Source: an uncultured Erysipelotrichaceae bacterium (GTDB lineage Bacteria > Bacillota_I > Bacilli_A > RF39 > UBA660). From it: a stretch of DNA of 64,000 nt. Shown one piece after another: positions 9,896 through 19,569 of the stretch; within the stretch, counting starts at the first letter, position 1; every line of letters starts with the position of its first letter. The translations under genes were made by a program, and so were the position numbers. The stretch is taken from contig CADBYH010000001.1 in assembly GCA_902798815.1 (NCBI GenBank), positions 5,554 to 69,553 on the forward strand, written 5' to 3'. The notes under the pieces were generated by a model. That model was not told the origin of the DNA and searched no databases. It saw nothing but the letters and a program-made list of their open reading frames with translations.

Positions 9896-11239
9896 ATGAA
9901 TAAAAAAAGAATAATTAAATATATATTATTATTTCTATTCTTTTATGTATCCCTGGTATTTATATTTACTTTATCAAGAAGTGATACATTTGTTAACTTT
10001 GGATTTAGTTATGCAATATCCAAAGGACAAATACCATATAGGGATTTTAATATGGTAATAACTCCATTTGCACCTTTTTTATATTCTATAGGTTTATTAA
10101 TGTGTAATAATATTTTAGTATATTATTTAGAACAAGCATTATTGTTAACATTGTTATTTTATTATATTGATAAAATACTTGGTAAAAAGAGTATATTATT
10201 TTTGTTGATTCTAATAATTCCATATCCTATTGCAATGTCATCTATTTTATTTCCGGGATATAATTATATTGTAGTATTATTGCTTGTTATGTTTATTTAC
10301 TATTTCAAAAATAATAAAAATGACTACCTATTGGGATTAATTTTAGGCTTTATATTTTGTACAAAACAAACTATGGGTATTGTTTTATTTGTTCCTACTT
10401 TTTATTTTTTAATAAAAGATAGAGAAAAATTTAAAAAGATGTTTATTGGATACATTATTCCTATTATTATTTTGTTTATATACTTGATTATTACAAAGAG
10501 TTTATATGTTTTTTATGACTTGTGTTTTTTAGGCCTGTTTGATTTTAATAAAAGTAACAATAATATAGATATTTATTATTTGTTATTATTTATTCTAGGT
10601 GTTGTTTATTTGCTGTTTAGAATTATAAAAGATAAGAATAATATTTTATTATATTATATACTTTTATATAGTTTGGTAGTGTTTCCAATAGTTGATTATT
10701 ATCATACATCTATTTTTTTGATAATAATATTTTTAATTATTCTTGATGATTATAATTTAAAAAGAGATATATTTAAATATATTGTTATTATAATAGCAGC
10801 CATTTCTGTTTTATGGCTTTTCGTAACTTATTATTTTTTGAGACCTATATCTATAAGAAATTATAATAATTTTTCATTAGTAATAAATGAGAAATCATAT
10901 AATGATAATAGTTATAAATTAATAAAATATACTAGTAGATTAGATAAAAAAGTAATATTTTTTATGAGAGGATCAGAAAACTTTTTTTATAAGATTACAT
11001 GTGATAAAAAATTAAATTATTATGATTTGCCAAATTATGGTAATTATGGATATAATGGTATAGAAAAAATTAAGAATAGGATTAAGAATGAACATGATTG
11101 TTATTTTGTAATTGATAGAGTTCTTGTTAAAAACAATAGTTCAGAGCAACAATATATAAAGGAACTTGGACAGTACGTAATTAAACATTCTAGATTAATA
11201 AAATCAATTGGATTATATGATATTTATTACAAGGAGTAA
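9896..11239 (+). CDS. polytopic membrane protein, tandem paralog 2 of 5
   Basis: Same motif set: FSYAISKGQIPYRDFNM, PGYNY, LLGLILG..FCTKQTMGI, LCFLGLFDFN, DYYHTS, GNYGYNG, YDIYYKE. Confidence 0.6.
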   Translation: MNKKRIIKYILLFLFFYVSLVFIFTLSRSDTFVNFGFSYAISKGQIPYRDFNMVITPFAPFLYSIGLLMCNNILVYYLEQALLLTLLFYYIDKILGKKSILFLLILIIPYPIAMSSILFPGYNYIVVLLLVMFIYYFKNNKNDYLLGLILGFIFCTKQTMGIVLFVPTFYFLIKDREKFKKMFIGYIIPIIILFIYLIITKSLYVFYDLCFLGLFDFNKSNNNIDIYYLLLFILGVVYLLFRIIKDKNNILLYYILLYSLVVFPIVDYYHTSIFLIIIFLIILDDYNLKRDIFKYIVIIIAAISVLWLFVTYYFLRPISIRNYNNFSLVINEKSYNDNSYKLIKYTSRLDKKVIFFMRGSENFFYKITCDKKLNYYDLPNYGNYGYNGIEKIKNRIKNEHDCYFVIDRVLVKNNSSEQQYIKELGQYVIKHSRLIKSIGLYDIYYKE

Positions 11240-11241
11240 GT

Positions 11242-12552
11242 ATGGAGATTATTAAAAAGAATTATAAATATTTGTTGTTATTCATCTTTTTTATAAGCGT
11301 ATTGATATTTTTTGGATTTAATAATATGGATAATATTTGGAACTATGGTTTTAGTCATGCTATAAGAATTGGAGAAGTACCATATAAAGACTTTAATATT
11401 ATATCAACCCCATTGTTTTCTTTTATAATGTCATTAGGTTTATTTATATATGATAGTTATATTGTATTTGTTTTAGAACAGGCTTTATTATGTACGTTAT
11501 TATTTTGCTTTTTAGAAAAAATGTTTTCAAAAAACTCAACACTCGTATTAGCTTTTTTTTCATTTCCAATTTTTTATTCATTGTTTCCTAATTATAATTT
11601 TTTAGTTTTATTACTTATGACAATACTTTTATTTTTAGAAAATAATAATAAAGAAAGTGAATATTTAATAGGATTTGTACTTGGTTTATTGATTCTTTCT
11701 AAACACACTATAGGTATAATGATTTTGATATGTAGTTTGATATCATGTTTTGATAAAAAAAAGATAATTAAAAGAATATGCAGCAGCTTTATACCGATAT
11801 TGTTTTTTGTTATCTATTTATTTTTAACGAATTCAATGAATAGTTTTATTAATTTATCTATATTGGGATTATTTGACTTTAATAAAAATAATTTCTCAAT
11901 ATCATTTATATATATAATAATATTACTGGCAATTGGAATTCATTTACTTGTTATGTTTAAAAAAGATATAAATAATAGAAATAATTATTATTTATTATCA
12001 TCATTTGCATTTGTTATTCCAATATGTGACTCATTTCATTTATGTTATCTAATAATTATATATGTTATGGTGATTTTATTAAATTATAATATTAAACCAT
12101 CTAATACAATTATGTATGTATCGGTATTAATTGTTTTTTTAACAATAATACTTAATATAATAGTCAATTATAAAGTGTATAAAAGAATTGATTTATGTAA
12201 ATTAAATCATTTTGAAGGTTTTATAATTGTTAAAGATAATAGGGATTTTTTGGATGATATAAATAGACAATATAGAAGTGGGAATAATAATTTTATGTTT
12301 TCTTTTTCTAATATGTTTTTTGATATTGCTTCTGATCATAAAATCACATATTATGATGTACCATTAAATGGCAATTATGGTTATAAAGGGATGGATATGA
12401 TGAAAACAAAGATTGATTCACTTCATAATATATATTTTTATATAGAAGACAATAAAAATGTTCAATATGCAAGAAAAATATATAAGTATATTAAAGAAAA
12501 AGGTGATAAAAAAGCAACAATTTATAATTACGAGGTATATTACATTAAATAA
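11242..12552 (+). CDS. polytopic membrane protein, tandem paralog 3 of 5
   Basis: Same motif set: FSHAIRIGEVPYKDFNI, PNYNF, LIGFVLG..ILSKHTIGI, LSILGLFDFN, DSFHLC, GNYGYKG, YEVYYIK. Only 2 nt separate it from paralog 2. Confidence 0.6.
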   Translation: MEIIKKNYKYLLLFIFFISVLIFFGFNNMDNIWNYGFSHAIRIGEVPYKDFNIISTPLFSFIMSLGLFIYDSYIVFVLEQALLCTLLFCFLEKMFSKNSTLVLAFFSFPIFYSLFPNYNFLVLLLMTILLFLENNNKESEYLIGFVLGLLILSKHTIGIMILICSLISCFDKKKIIKRICSSFIPILFFVIYLFLTNSMNSFINLSILGLFDFNKNNFSISFIYIIILLAIGIHLLVMFKKDINNRNNYYLLSSFAFVIPICDSFHLCYLIIIYVMVILLNYNIKPSNTIMYVSVLIVFLTIILNIIVNYKVYKRIDLCKLNHFEGFIIVKDNRDFLDDINRQYRSGNNNFMFSFSNMFFDIASDHKITYYDVPLNGNYGYKGMDMMKTKIDSLHNIYFYIEDNKNVQYARKIYKYIKEKGDKKATIYNYEVYYIK

Positions 12553-12599
12553 TATAATTATTGTGATATAATTGATAATAGGAAAGGAGAATAAAATAT

Positions 12600-13931
12600 A
12601 TGAAGAAGATATTACTAGAAAACTATAAATATATTTTATTCTTTATTTTTGTTTTATTTTTGTATTCATATGTATTAGTACCTGATTTAGTATTTGATGC
12701 AACATGGGAATTTGGAATGGCTCATGCTATAAAAATAGGTGAAATCCCATATTTGGATTTTAATACAGTATCAACTCCTTTTTATATTATGTTTCATTCT
12801 ATTTTTTTGCATATAAGTGATTCATTTTATTTTTATTTATTTATTAATGGAATAATATGTACAATTATTTATGCTTTATATGACAAAATAAATGATAATA
12901 ATTCATTTCTTTGTTTATCAATTTCACTTTTATTATTATATAGAATATTTATTCCATCATATAATTTTATGGCTTTTTTTATAATTGTATTATTAATATA
13001 TCTTGAAAAAAAGCAAAAAAATGATTATCTTATTGGATTTGTTTTAGGTTTACTTTTCTTAACTAAACATACGATAGGTTTACCAGTAATTGTTTTATCT
13101 ATGTTTGGACAAAGAGATTATAAGAAAGTAATTAAAAGAATTATAGGAATTATAATTCCTTGTTTTATCTTTTTGATGTTTTTATTTATTACAAATAGTT
13201 TTAAAAGTTTTTTAGATTTGTGTATATTAGGACTATTTAATTTTAATAGTAATAATAAGAATTATATTAATGTTTTTTTAATAATGAGTATTATTGTATT
13301 AATAATATCTTTATTTCACATAGTAAGATATAAAGATATTAAATACTATTATTTAATTGGTGCATTTTCATTTGTAATACCAATATGCGATCTTTCTCAT
13401 TTTTCATTTTTATTTGCATTATTTATGTTATGTGAGTTTGGAAATGTTCCTGGTAGAATAAAATATAGTAATATTATTTCTTTTATAATAATAATAATTC
13501 CAATTATATTTCAATTAATGTTATATAATTATTATTTTAAAAATATAACCTATATGAATGATAAGCATTTTAAATACTGTTTAGTTAACAAAAATAGTTA
13601 TTCCGAATTTAAGAGTATTTTGAATAAATATAAACAATATAAAAGTAATTCTACAATCATTGATTTTTCAGCAATTAAATATGATATTATTTTGGATAAA
13701 AAAATAAATTATTATAATATATTATTAACTGGTAATTATGGATTAAATGGCTCTAAGGTGCTTATTAAAGATATAAATAAATCTAAAGATCATTACTACA
13801 TTATTACGAAGAATATTTATTATAATAGAAATTATATATCACAAATAGATTATGATGTTATTGATTATATATATAGTAATTTAGAAAAAGTCGAGGAGGA
13901 CAATTTATATTATGTTTACTACAAAAAATAA
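12600..13931 (+). CDS. polytopic membrane protein, tandem paralog 4 of 5
   Basis: Same motif set: MAHAIKIGEIPYLDFNT, PSYNF, LIGFVLG..FLTKHTIGL, LCILGLFNFN, DLSHFS, GNYGLNG, YYVYYKK. Confidence 0.6.
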   Translation: MKKILLENYKYILFFIFVLFLYSYVLVPDLVFDATWEFGMAHAIKIGEIPYLDFNTVSTPFYIMFHSIFLHISDSFYFYLFINGIICTIIYALYDKINDNNSFLCLSISLLLLYRIFIPSYNFMAFFIIVLLIYLEKKQKNDYLIGFVLGLLFLTKHTIGLPVIVLSMFGQRDYKKVIKRIIGIIIPCFIFLMFLFITNSFKSFLDLCILGLFNFNSNNKNYINVFLIMSIIVLIISLFHIVRYKDIKYYYLIGAFSFVIPICDLSHFSFLFALFMLCEFGNVPGRIKYSNIISFIIIIIPIIFQLMLYNYYFKNITYMNDKHFKYCLVNKNSYSEFKSILNKYKQYKSNSTIIDFSAIKYDIILDKKINYYNILLTGNYGLNGSKVLIKDINKSKDHYYIITKNIYYNRNYISQIDYDVIDYIYSNLEKVEEDNLYYVYYKK

Positions 13932-15246
13932 AAAAAAAATATTTATTTATATAATTTCGTTTATATTTATATTAATATATTCTTTGTTTTTTGTGCCTTT
14001 AACGGCTAATGAAATATGGAATTATGGATTTAGTTATGCAATTGTAAAAGGTGAAATATTATATAATGATTTTAATTTAATAATAGGACCTTTTTATCCT
14101 TTATTTATGAGTATTTCTTTATTAATTAAAAATTGCTTATTTAATTATCTGTTTTTTAATTCTATAATTATTTTAATGGCATTAATTACTTTATATAAAA
14201 TGTATGATAAAAAAGTTATTATTTCCATTATTATACTTTTGTTTTTTCCTTCTTTAGTTTGTCCGTCATATAATCAGTTTATAATATTTTTAATAATATT
14301 CATTGCATATTTAGAAAAATCGGAAAGTGGGTATAAAGATATACTCATAGGGATTTTATTGTCTATTAGTTTTTTTACTAAACAGAATATAGGTATTTTT
14401 CTTATTTTACCTTCAATATTTTTTTATAAGAAAAACAATAATAAGGAAAGAATTATGGGTTTTATTATTCCTACAATTATTTTTCTATTATATTTTATTA
14501 TTACTAAGTCTTTAAAAAATTATATAAATCTTTGTATATTAGGTTTATTAGAGTTTGGTAATAAGAATAACTTAGTTATTGTGTCTTGTTTAATTGCTTT
14601 TATAATAATCTTAATAATATCAGTTGTGTGTTTGCTAAAGAATAAGTCTAATATATCATTATATTATTATTTAATGGGATACTTGGTTATCCTACCAATA
14701 TTTGATTATATACATTTATATTTTGTTATATTTATTTTTTCGTTATTAATTATAGATGTTTATAAATTTGATGTATTAGATATGAGAGTAATAAGAGTTT
14801 GTTTATATTTTCTAATATTAAATATATTGATCATTGAATCTCAAAGATTATCGCTATCGACATTTAAATATCCTAATAATATAAATCATTTACAACTAAG
14901 ATATATTCCAAGTAATGAATTGAAATATTATAAAAAAGTTATTAATTATTTAAATGGAGAAGATTTTTTGATTTATTCTGACGTTAATTATTTGTATAAA
15001 ATTGCTTTAGATAAAAAAATAAGTAATTATGATATTGTTAATTATGGGAATAATGGTATTGGTAGTAAGGGTAAAATTGTTGACTTTATTAAAAAAAACA
15101 AGCAATTATATTTAATTCCTAATAATCTATCAAAGTGTATTGAAGATAATATATGTCAGGTTGATAAAGAAGGGTATGATTATATAATTAATAATTTGAT
15201 ATTAATTGATAGTATTGGAGAGTTTTATGTTTATGAGAATAAATAG
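13912..15246 (+). CDS. polytopic membrane protein, tandem paralog 5 of 5
   Basis: Same motif set: FSYAIVKGEILYNDFNL, PSYNQ, LIGILLS..FFTKQNIGI, LCILGLLEF, DYIHLY, GNNGIGSKG. Overlaps paralog 4 by 20 nt. RBS GAGGAGGA lies upstream. Confidence 0.6.
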   Translation: MFTTKNKKKIFIYIISFIFILIYSLFFVPLTANEIWNYGFSYAIVKGEILYNDFNLIIGPFYPLFMSISLLIKNCLFNYLFFNSIIILMALITLYKMYDKKVIISIIILLFFPSLVCPSYNQFIIFLIIFIAYLEKSESGYKDILIGILLSISFFTKQNIGIFLILPSIFFYKKNNNKERIMGFIIPTIIFLLYFIITKSLKNYINLCILGLLEFGNKNNLVIVSCLIAFIIILIISVVCLLKNKSNISLYYYLMGYLVILPIFDYIHLYFVIFIFSLLIIDVYKFDVLDMRVIRVCLYFLILNILIIESQRLSLSTFKYPNNINHLQLRYIPSNELKYYKKVINYLNGEDFLIYSDVNYLYKIALDKKISNYDIVNYGNNGIGSKGKIVDFIKKNKQLYLIPNNLSKCIEDNICQVDKEGYDYIINNLILIDSIGEFYVYENK

Positions 15247-16648
15247 AAAAAAAATATTCTTAATAATTGTTTTTATAATTTATATATCTATAATTAGCTT
15301 TATGTTTTTTTACCATGAAAATTGGCGTGATGAAGCTCAAGCATATCTAATATGTAGAGATATGAATTTTTTTCAAATAATAAAAAATGTACATTATGAA
15401 GGACATCCTATTTTTTATTATTCAATATTATATCCTCTAGTAAAATTAGGAGCAGGTCCAAAAATTGTAAATATATTATCTATTATATTTATGTCTATTG
15501 CCGTATTTATTATATTGTTTCTATCTAAGTTAAATAATATCCAAAAATTATGCTTTATAGTATCATATCCTGTGTTATTTGAATTTAGTGTTGTTGGTAG
15601 AAGTTATTCATTGATATTTTTGTTGTTAACGTTAGTAGGTTTAATATATCAATATAAAGATGAATATCCAATTATTTATGCTATTTTATTGGGTTTATTG
15701 CTTAATACTCATTTATTAATGATTGGTTTTGTAGGTATTTGCACATTGTTTTATATAATTGATATGGTTAAGGATAAAAAGTATAATACTAAAAATATAA
15801 TTGGATTAATTATTATTGGTATTTTTGGAGTGTTATTGTTAATACAATTTGTACCAATTTTTATATATAAAGATGGATTAAATACTGGAACTGATTTTAG
15901 TATATTTGAAATTATATCTTATTTTATATTATCTTTATATTATAAATCTTTGAATACCAGTTTTATTAAGTTGGCTATATCTATTATATTTACTAACTTA
16001 ATCTATATGGTTATATATAAAGCAGATAAAAAAGTTTTTTTAATAATTCTAATGAGTTATATTTACATTTCAGTATTACTTTCATACATATTTAATGCGA
16101 TAAGTATTTATAATATTGCTTTAGTATATTCAATTATGCTTTGTTCTTTATTAATGATTGATAGAAAAATATTTGATAATAAACATATAACAATTTATTT
16201 ATCAATATTATCAATATTATCATTAGATTATATAGTATTATCAATAAATAATGAATTAAAGTATAATTATTCTAATAGTATAGAGGTATCAAAATATATA
16301 AATGATAACATTGATAAAAATGCAACAATTATATGTAATTGTGATCATATGTGTTCATCAATAGTTCCTTATGTAAAAAATAAGTTTTATCATACTAATT
16401 CAAAAAAATTCTTTACTTATATAGTATGGACAAGGGATAGAGATTTAGTTCCTGATATGAATGATATATATAATTTTATTGATAATAGTAATGATGATTT
16501 ATATTATATATATACAGGTTATAATAAAGAGGATATTGATATAGTTAATTCATTAAAGAAAAAATATTTGATAGAAAATATATATGAAATATATAAATAT
16601 TCTTATACAGATCGAGAATATATAATATATAAGATAAATAAAGATTAA
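15227..16648 (+). CDS. polytopic membrane protein of a different family, GT-C-like (ArnT/PMT-type first-loop acidic motif)
   Basis: Multi-TM protein with HENWRDEAQAY in the first loop, resembling the DE-containing loop-1 motif of GT-C glycosyltransferases, and a soluble C-terminal tail. Start taken at ATG 15227 after RBS GGAGAG. Alternative starts are 15206 and 15233. Confidence 0.5.
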   Translation: MFMRINRKKIFLIIVFIIYISIISFMFFYHENWRDEAQAYLICRDMNFFQIIKNVHYEGHPIFYYSILYPLVKLGAGPKIVNILSIIFMSIAVFIILFLSKLNNIQKLCFIVSYPVLFEFSVVGRSYSLIFLLLTLVGLIYQYKDEYPIIYAILLGLLLNTHLLMIGFVGICTLFYIIDMVKDKKYNTKNIIGLIIIGIFGVLLLIQFVPIFIYKDGLNTGTDFSIFEIISYFILSLYYKSLNTSFIKLAISIIFTNLIYMVIYKADKKVFLIILMSYIYISVLLSYIFNAISIYNIALVYSIMLCSLLMIDRKIFDNKHITIYLSILSILSLDYIVLSINNELKYNYSNSIEVSKYINDNIDKNATIICNCDHMCSSIVPYVKNKFYHTNSKKFFTYIVWTRDRDLVPDMNDIYNFIDNSNDDLYYIYTGYNKEDIDIVNSLKKKYLIENIYEIYKYSYTDREYIIYKINKD

Positions 16649-16792
16649 TTGTGATTTTATATATTTTTATCTTATTATAATTTAGATATGTATTTCAAAT
16701 AATACTGCTATATATAGATATTTAATGGAAAATAAATATAAAAAAATCTTTAAAAATAAAAAGGTTAATTATTATAGTCAATGTAATAAGTA

Positions 16793-16821
16793 TTGGCAAA
16801 AAAACTAAAGTATTGTATAAT
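16793..16821 (+). promoter_or_regulatory. sigma-A-type promoter upstream of ftsA
   Basis: TTGGCA (16793-16798), a 17-nt spacer, then TATAAT (16816-16821), about 28 nt before the ftsA start. Confidence 0.5.
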
Positions 16822-16848
16822 TAAATTTAAAGATAGGAGATGTATGCT

Positions 16849-18045
16849 ATGGATGATATTTATACTGGAATAGATATTGGAACTGATAGTATCAAAATTG
16901 TTGTATGTGAAAAAACAAATGATAAATATCATGTTTTAGCATCAATATCTTCTAAGTCAGTAGGAATTGAATACGGATTTATAAAAGATATGAAAGCTGC
17001 TGTAAGTAGTATTAAAGAAGCAGTTAAAAAAGTTAATTCAATTCTTGGAATAAAAATTAATAAAGTAATTGCATGTGTTCCACCGGTAGGATGCCAAATG
17101 GATATTGTAAGTGGATCATGTGATATTATTGATTATAATGAAATAACTGGAAAAGATGTTAGTAATGTATTATTAGATGCTTTAAGATATGAAAGACCAG
17201 AAAATTATGAGTTGGTAACTGCTATGCCAATTAATTTTACAATAGATGATGAAGAAAGTGTTAAAGATCCAAAAGGATTAAAAGGATCAAAATTAGATAC
17301 AAGAGTAGTGGTAAGTACTACAGAAAAGGAACCATTATATAGAATTTTAGAAGCATTAAAACTAAGTGGATTAGAAGTTATTGATATATGTTATTCATCA
17401 TTTGGTGATTATTATGCTTTAAGTAGTAAAAAGTATGATAATCTTGTAGGAGCAATTATTAATATAGGTGAAGAATCAACAAATGTATCAGTATTTAATA
17501 GAGGAATTCAAATAAAAAATGGAGTAGTTCCAATAGGAAGTAAAAGTGTCGATAAGGATTTAACATATGTATTTAAATCTAAACTAAGTGAATCAAGAGA
17601 AATAAAAGAAAATTTTGCTGTGGCCTTATCAACATATGCAGATTCCAATGATATTTGGACAATAAAAATAGATAAAACTACAACAAAAGATATAAATCAA
17701 GTAGGAGTTTCTAAAGTAGTTGAAGCAAGAGTTAGAGAGATTCTAAAACTTGCCAAAAATGAAATAAAAAACTTAACAAATAGAGAAATTCGTTATATAA
17801 TTATAACAGGTGGTTTGACCGAACTTGCAGGATTCCAATATCTAGTAGAGCAAGAATTTGGGTTTATTGCCAAAATAGGAAATACAAATACAACTGGAAT
17901 AAGACATAATAAATATAGTAGTTGTTATGGAATTATAAAGTTCTTTAATAACAAATTAGAATTGAGACAAAAAAAATATAGTATGTTTGATATAGAAGAA
18001 ATAGAAAAATTGCGAAGTGCAAAAACAGAACTAAATGGTGATTAA
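16849..18045 (+). CDS. ftsA: cell division protein FtsA
   Basis: Actin-like ATPase motifs ([24 protein letters not shown]), immediately upstream of ftsZ. The ATG at 16849 is well spaced from GGAG at 16836-16839. The track start at 16840 abuts the RBS. Confidence 0.9.
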   Translation: MDDIYTGIDIGTDSIKIVVCEKTNDKYHVLASISSKSVGIEYGFIKDMKAAVSSIKEAVKKVNSILGIKINKVIACVPPVGCQMDIVSGSCDIIDYNEITGKDVSNVLLDALRYERPENYELVTAMPINFTIDDEESVKDPKGLKGSKLDTRVVVSTTEKEPLYRILEALKLSGLEVIDICYSSFGDYYALSSKKYDNLVGAIINIGEESTNVSVFNRGIQIKNGVVPIGSKSVDKDLTYVFKSKLSESREIKENFAVALSTYADSNDIWTIKIDKTTTKDINQVGVSKVVEARVREILKLAKNEIKNLTNREIRYIIITGGLTELAGFQYLVEQEFGFIAKIGNTNTTGIRHNKYSSCYGIIKFFNNKLELRQKKYSMFDIEEIEKLRSAKTELNGD

Positions 18046-18083
18046 ATAAGTTATTTATTCATCAGACAATAGGAGGAAAAGGT

Positions 18084-19226
18084 ATGATAGGCGGATTAGA
18101 AATGGATCAATTAGCAAAAATCAAAGTCATCGGTCTTGGTGGCGGTGGTGGAAATGCTATTAATAGAATGGTTGAATCTGGCGTTAAAGGAGTAGAATTT
18201 ATAGCTGCCAATACAGATTTACAAGTATTAAATTCATCAAAGGCAGATGTAAAAATCCAAATAGGTGCTACTTTGACAGATGGATTAGGAGCTGGAGGAA
18301 AACCAGAAGTTGGTAAAGAATCTGCTGTAGAATCAAAAAAAGAAATAGAGGATGCCTTATCTGGAGCTGACATGGTTTTTATAACTGCAGGTATGGGAGG
18401 AGGAACTGGTACTGGAGCAGCAGCAATAGTTGCTGAAATAGCTCAAGGACTAGGTGCTCTAACAGTAGCTATAGTAACAAAACCATTCTCATTCGAAGGA
18501 AGAAGAAGAATGGAAAATGCAGAACAAGGTATTGAAGAATTAAAAAAACATGTTGATACTTTAATAGTTATTCCAAACGATAGATTAAGAGAAATAATAG
18601 ATAAATCAACACCAATGTTAGAAGCGTTCAAAGAAGTTGATAACGTATTAAGAAGAGGTGTTCAATCAATCTCTGATTTGATTGCTGTTGTTGGACTTGT
18701 TAACTTAGACTTTGCTGATGTTAAAGCAGTAATGGAGAAGAGTGGACGTGCAATAATTGGTATAGGTATTGGAATGGGAGAAGACAGAGCATTAGAAGCA
18801 GCTAAACAAGCAGTATCATCTCCACTTCTTGATACATCAATTGAAGGAGCAACAGATGCTATAATTAATATTACTGGTGGAGTTAACTTAACTTTATTTG
18901 AAGCAGAACAAGCTGCTGAAGTGGTTAGAAGTGCTAGTAATACTGATATAAACACAATCTTTGGTTCAGTAATTAACGAAAACTTAAGTGATGAAGTAAT
19001 TGTAACTGTAATTGCTACTGGATTTGATAAGAAATCATCATCACCAGAACCAATTTATAGTAATACAACTCAAACTGCTACATCTCAAAGAAGAAGTCAA
19101 ATGGCTCAAAGAGATGAATATGCATATCAAACTGAAGTACTTCAAAATGATGATGAAGATGAAACACCTTCATCAAATAGTAGTAATTATGATGTACCAC
19201 CATTCTTAAGAGAAAGAAATTATTAA
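18084..19226 (+). CDS. ftsZ: cell division protein FtsZ
   Basis: [13 protein letters not shown] plus the tubulin signature [11 protein letters not shown], and a C-terminal conserved peptide DVPPFLR. RBS AGGAGG lies upstream. Confidence 0.97.
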   Translation: MIGGLEMDQLAKIKVIGLGGGGGNAINRMVESGVKGVEFIAANTDLQVLNSSKADVKIQIGATLTDGLGAGGKPEVGKESAVESKKEIEDALSGADMVFITAGMGGGTGTGAAAIVAEIAQGLGALTVAIVTKPFSFEGRRRMENAEQGIEELKKHVDTLIVIPNDRLREIIDKSTPMLEAFKEVDNVLRRGVQSISDLIAVVGLVNLDFADVKAVMEKSGRAIIGIGIGMGEDRALEAAKQAVSSPLLDTSIEGATDAIINITGGVNLTLFEAEQAAEVVRSASNTDINTIFGSVINENLSDEVIVTVIATGFDKKSSSPEPIYSNTTQTATSQRRSQMAQRDEYAYQTEVLQNDDEDETPSSNSSNYDVPPFLRERNY

Positions 19227-19230
19227 TAAA

Positions 19231-19262
19231 AAATATCACTTACAAAGTGATATTTTATTTTT
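19231..19262. terminator. bidirectional terminator after ftsZ
   Basis: Stem AAATATCACT / AGTGATATTT with loop TACAA, followed by a T-run. It also serves the convergent minus-strand ORF ending at 19255. Confidence 0.75.
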
Positions 19263-19569
19263 CTAAAATAAATTCAAGTAATCTCATATCATTACCAATT
19301 AAATAGACATAATTTTCTCCCAAAGATCTTTTAAGAATCATAAGTTTATTTCTAACTATGTTATCATCAATTTCAAATATTTCTAAATAGTTTAGAATTA
19401 TATCATCAATAAAATAGAAATTATTCTCTTTAAAAACATTATATACTTTTATAAATTTATTATAATCTATATTATTTAAATAACTAACATCGTATGAAGA
19501 AAGGAGTAGATTATATTTGTTTTCATCTATATATCTTTTTAACCACATCACAAGCCACCTTACTATCAA
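19255..19569 (-). CDS. hypothetical small protein (about 97-104 aa)
   Basis: Minus-strand ORF downstream of, and overlapping, the 397-aa HTH protein. Start at 19569 or the internal ATG at 19548. No recognisable motif. Confidence 0.45.
   Translation of the reverse strand: MIVRWLVMWLKRYIDENKYNLLLSSYDVSYLNNIDYNKFIKVYNVFKENNFYFIDDIILNYLEIFEIDDNIVRNKLMILKRSLGENYVYLIGNDMRLLEFILEK

Noticed and set aside
8538-15246. The five similar genes as a recent gene amplification or an assembly artefact
   Set aside because: The copies are strongly diverged at both the protein and DNA level. Only short motifs are shared and the intergenic junctions differ, so this is an old paralog array and not a collapsed or expanded repeat.
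18107-19209. ORF-track entries inside ftsZ: 18107-18373, 18443-18631 and 18662-18955 on the minus strand, and 19012-19209 in another + frame
   Set aside because: They lie wholly within the highly conserved ftsZ coding sequence. Their translations are low-complexity, they have no RBS, and ftsZ explains the region.
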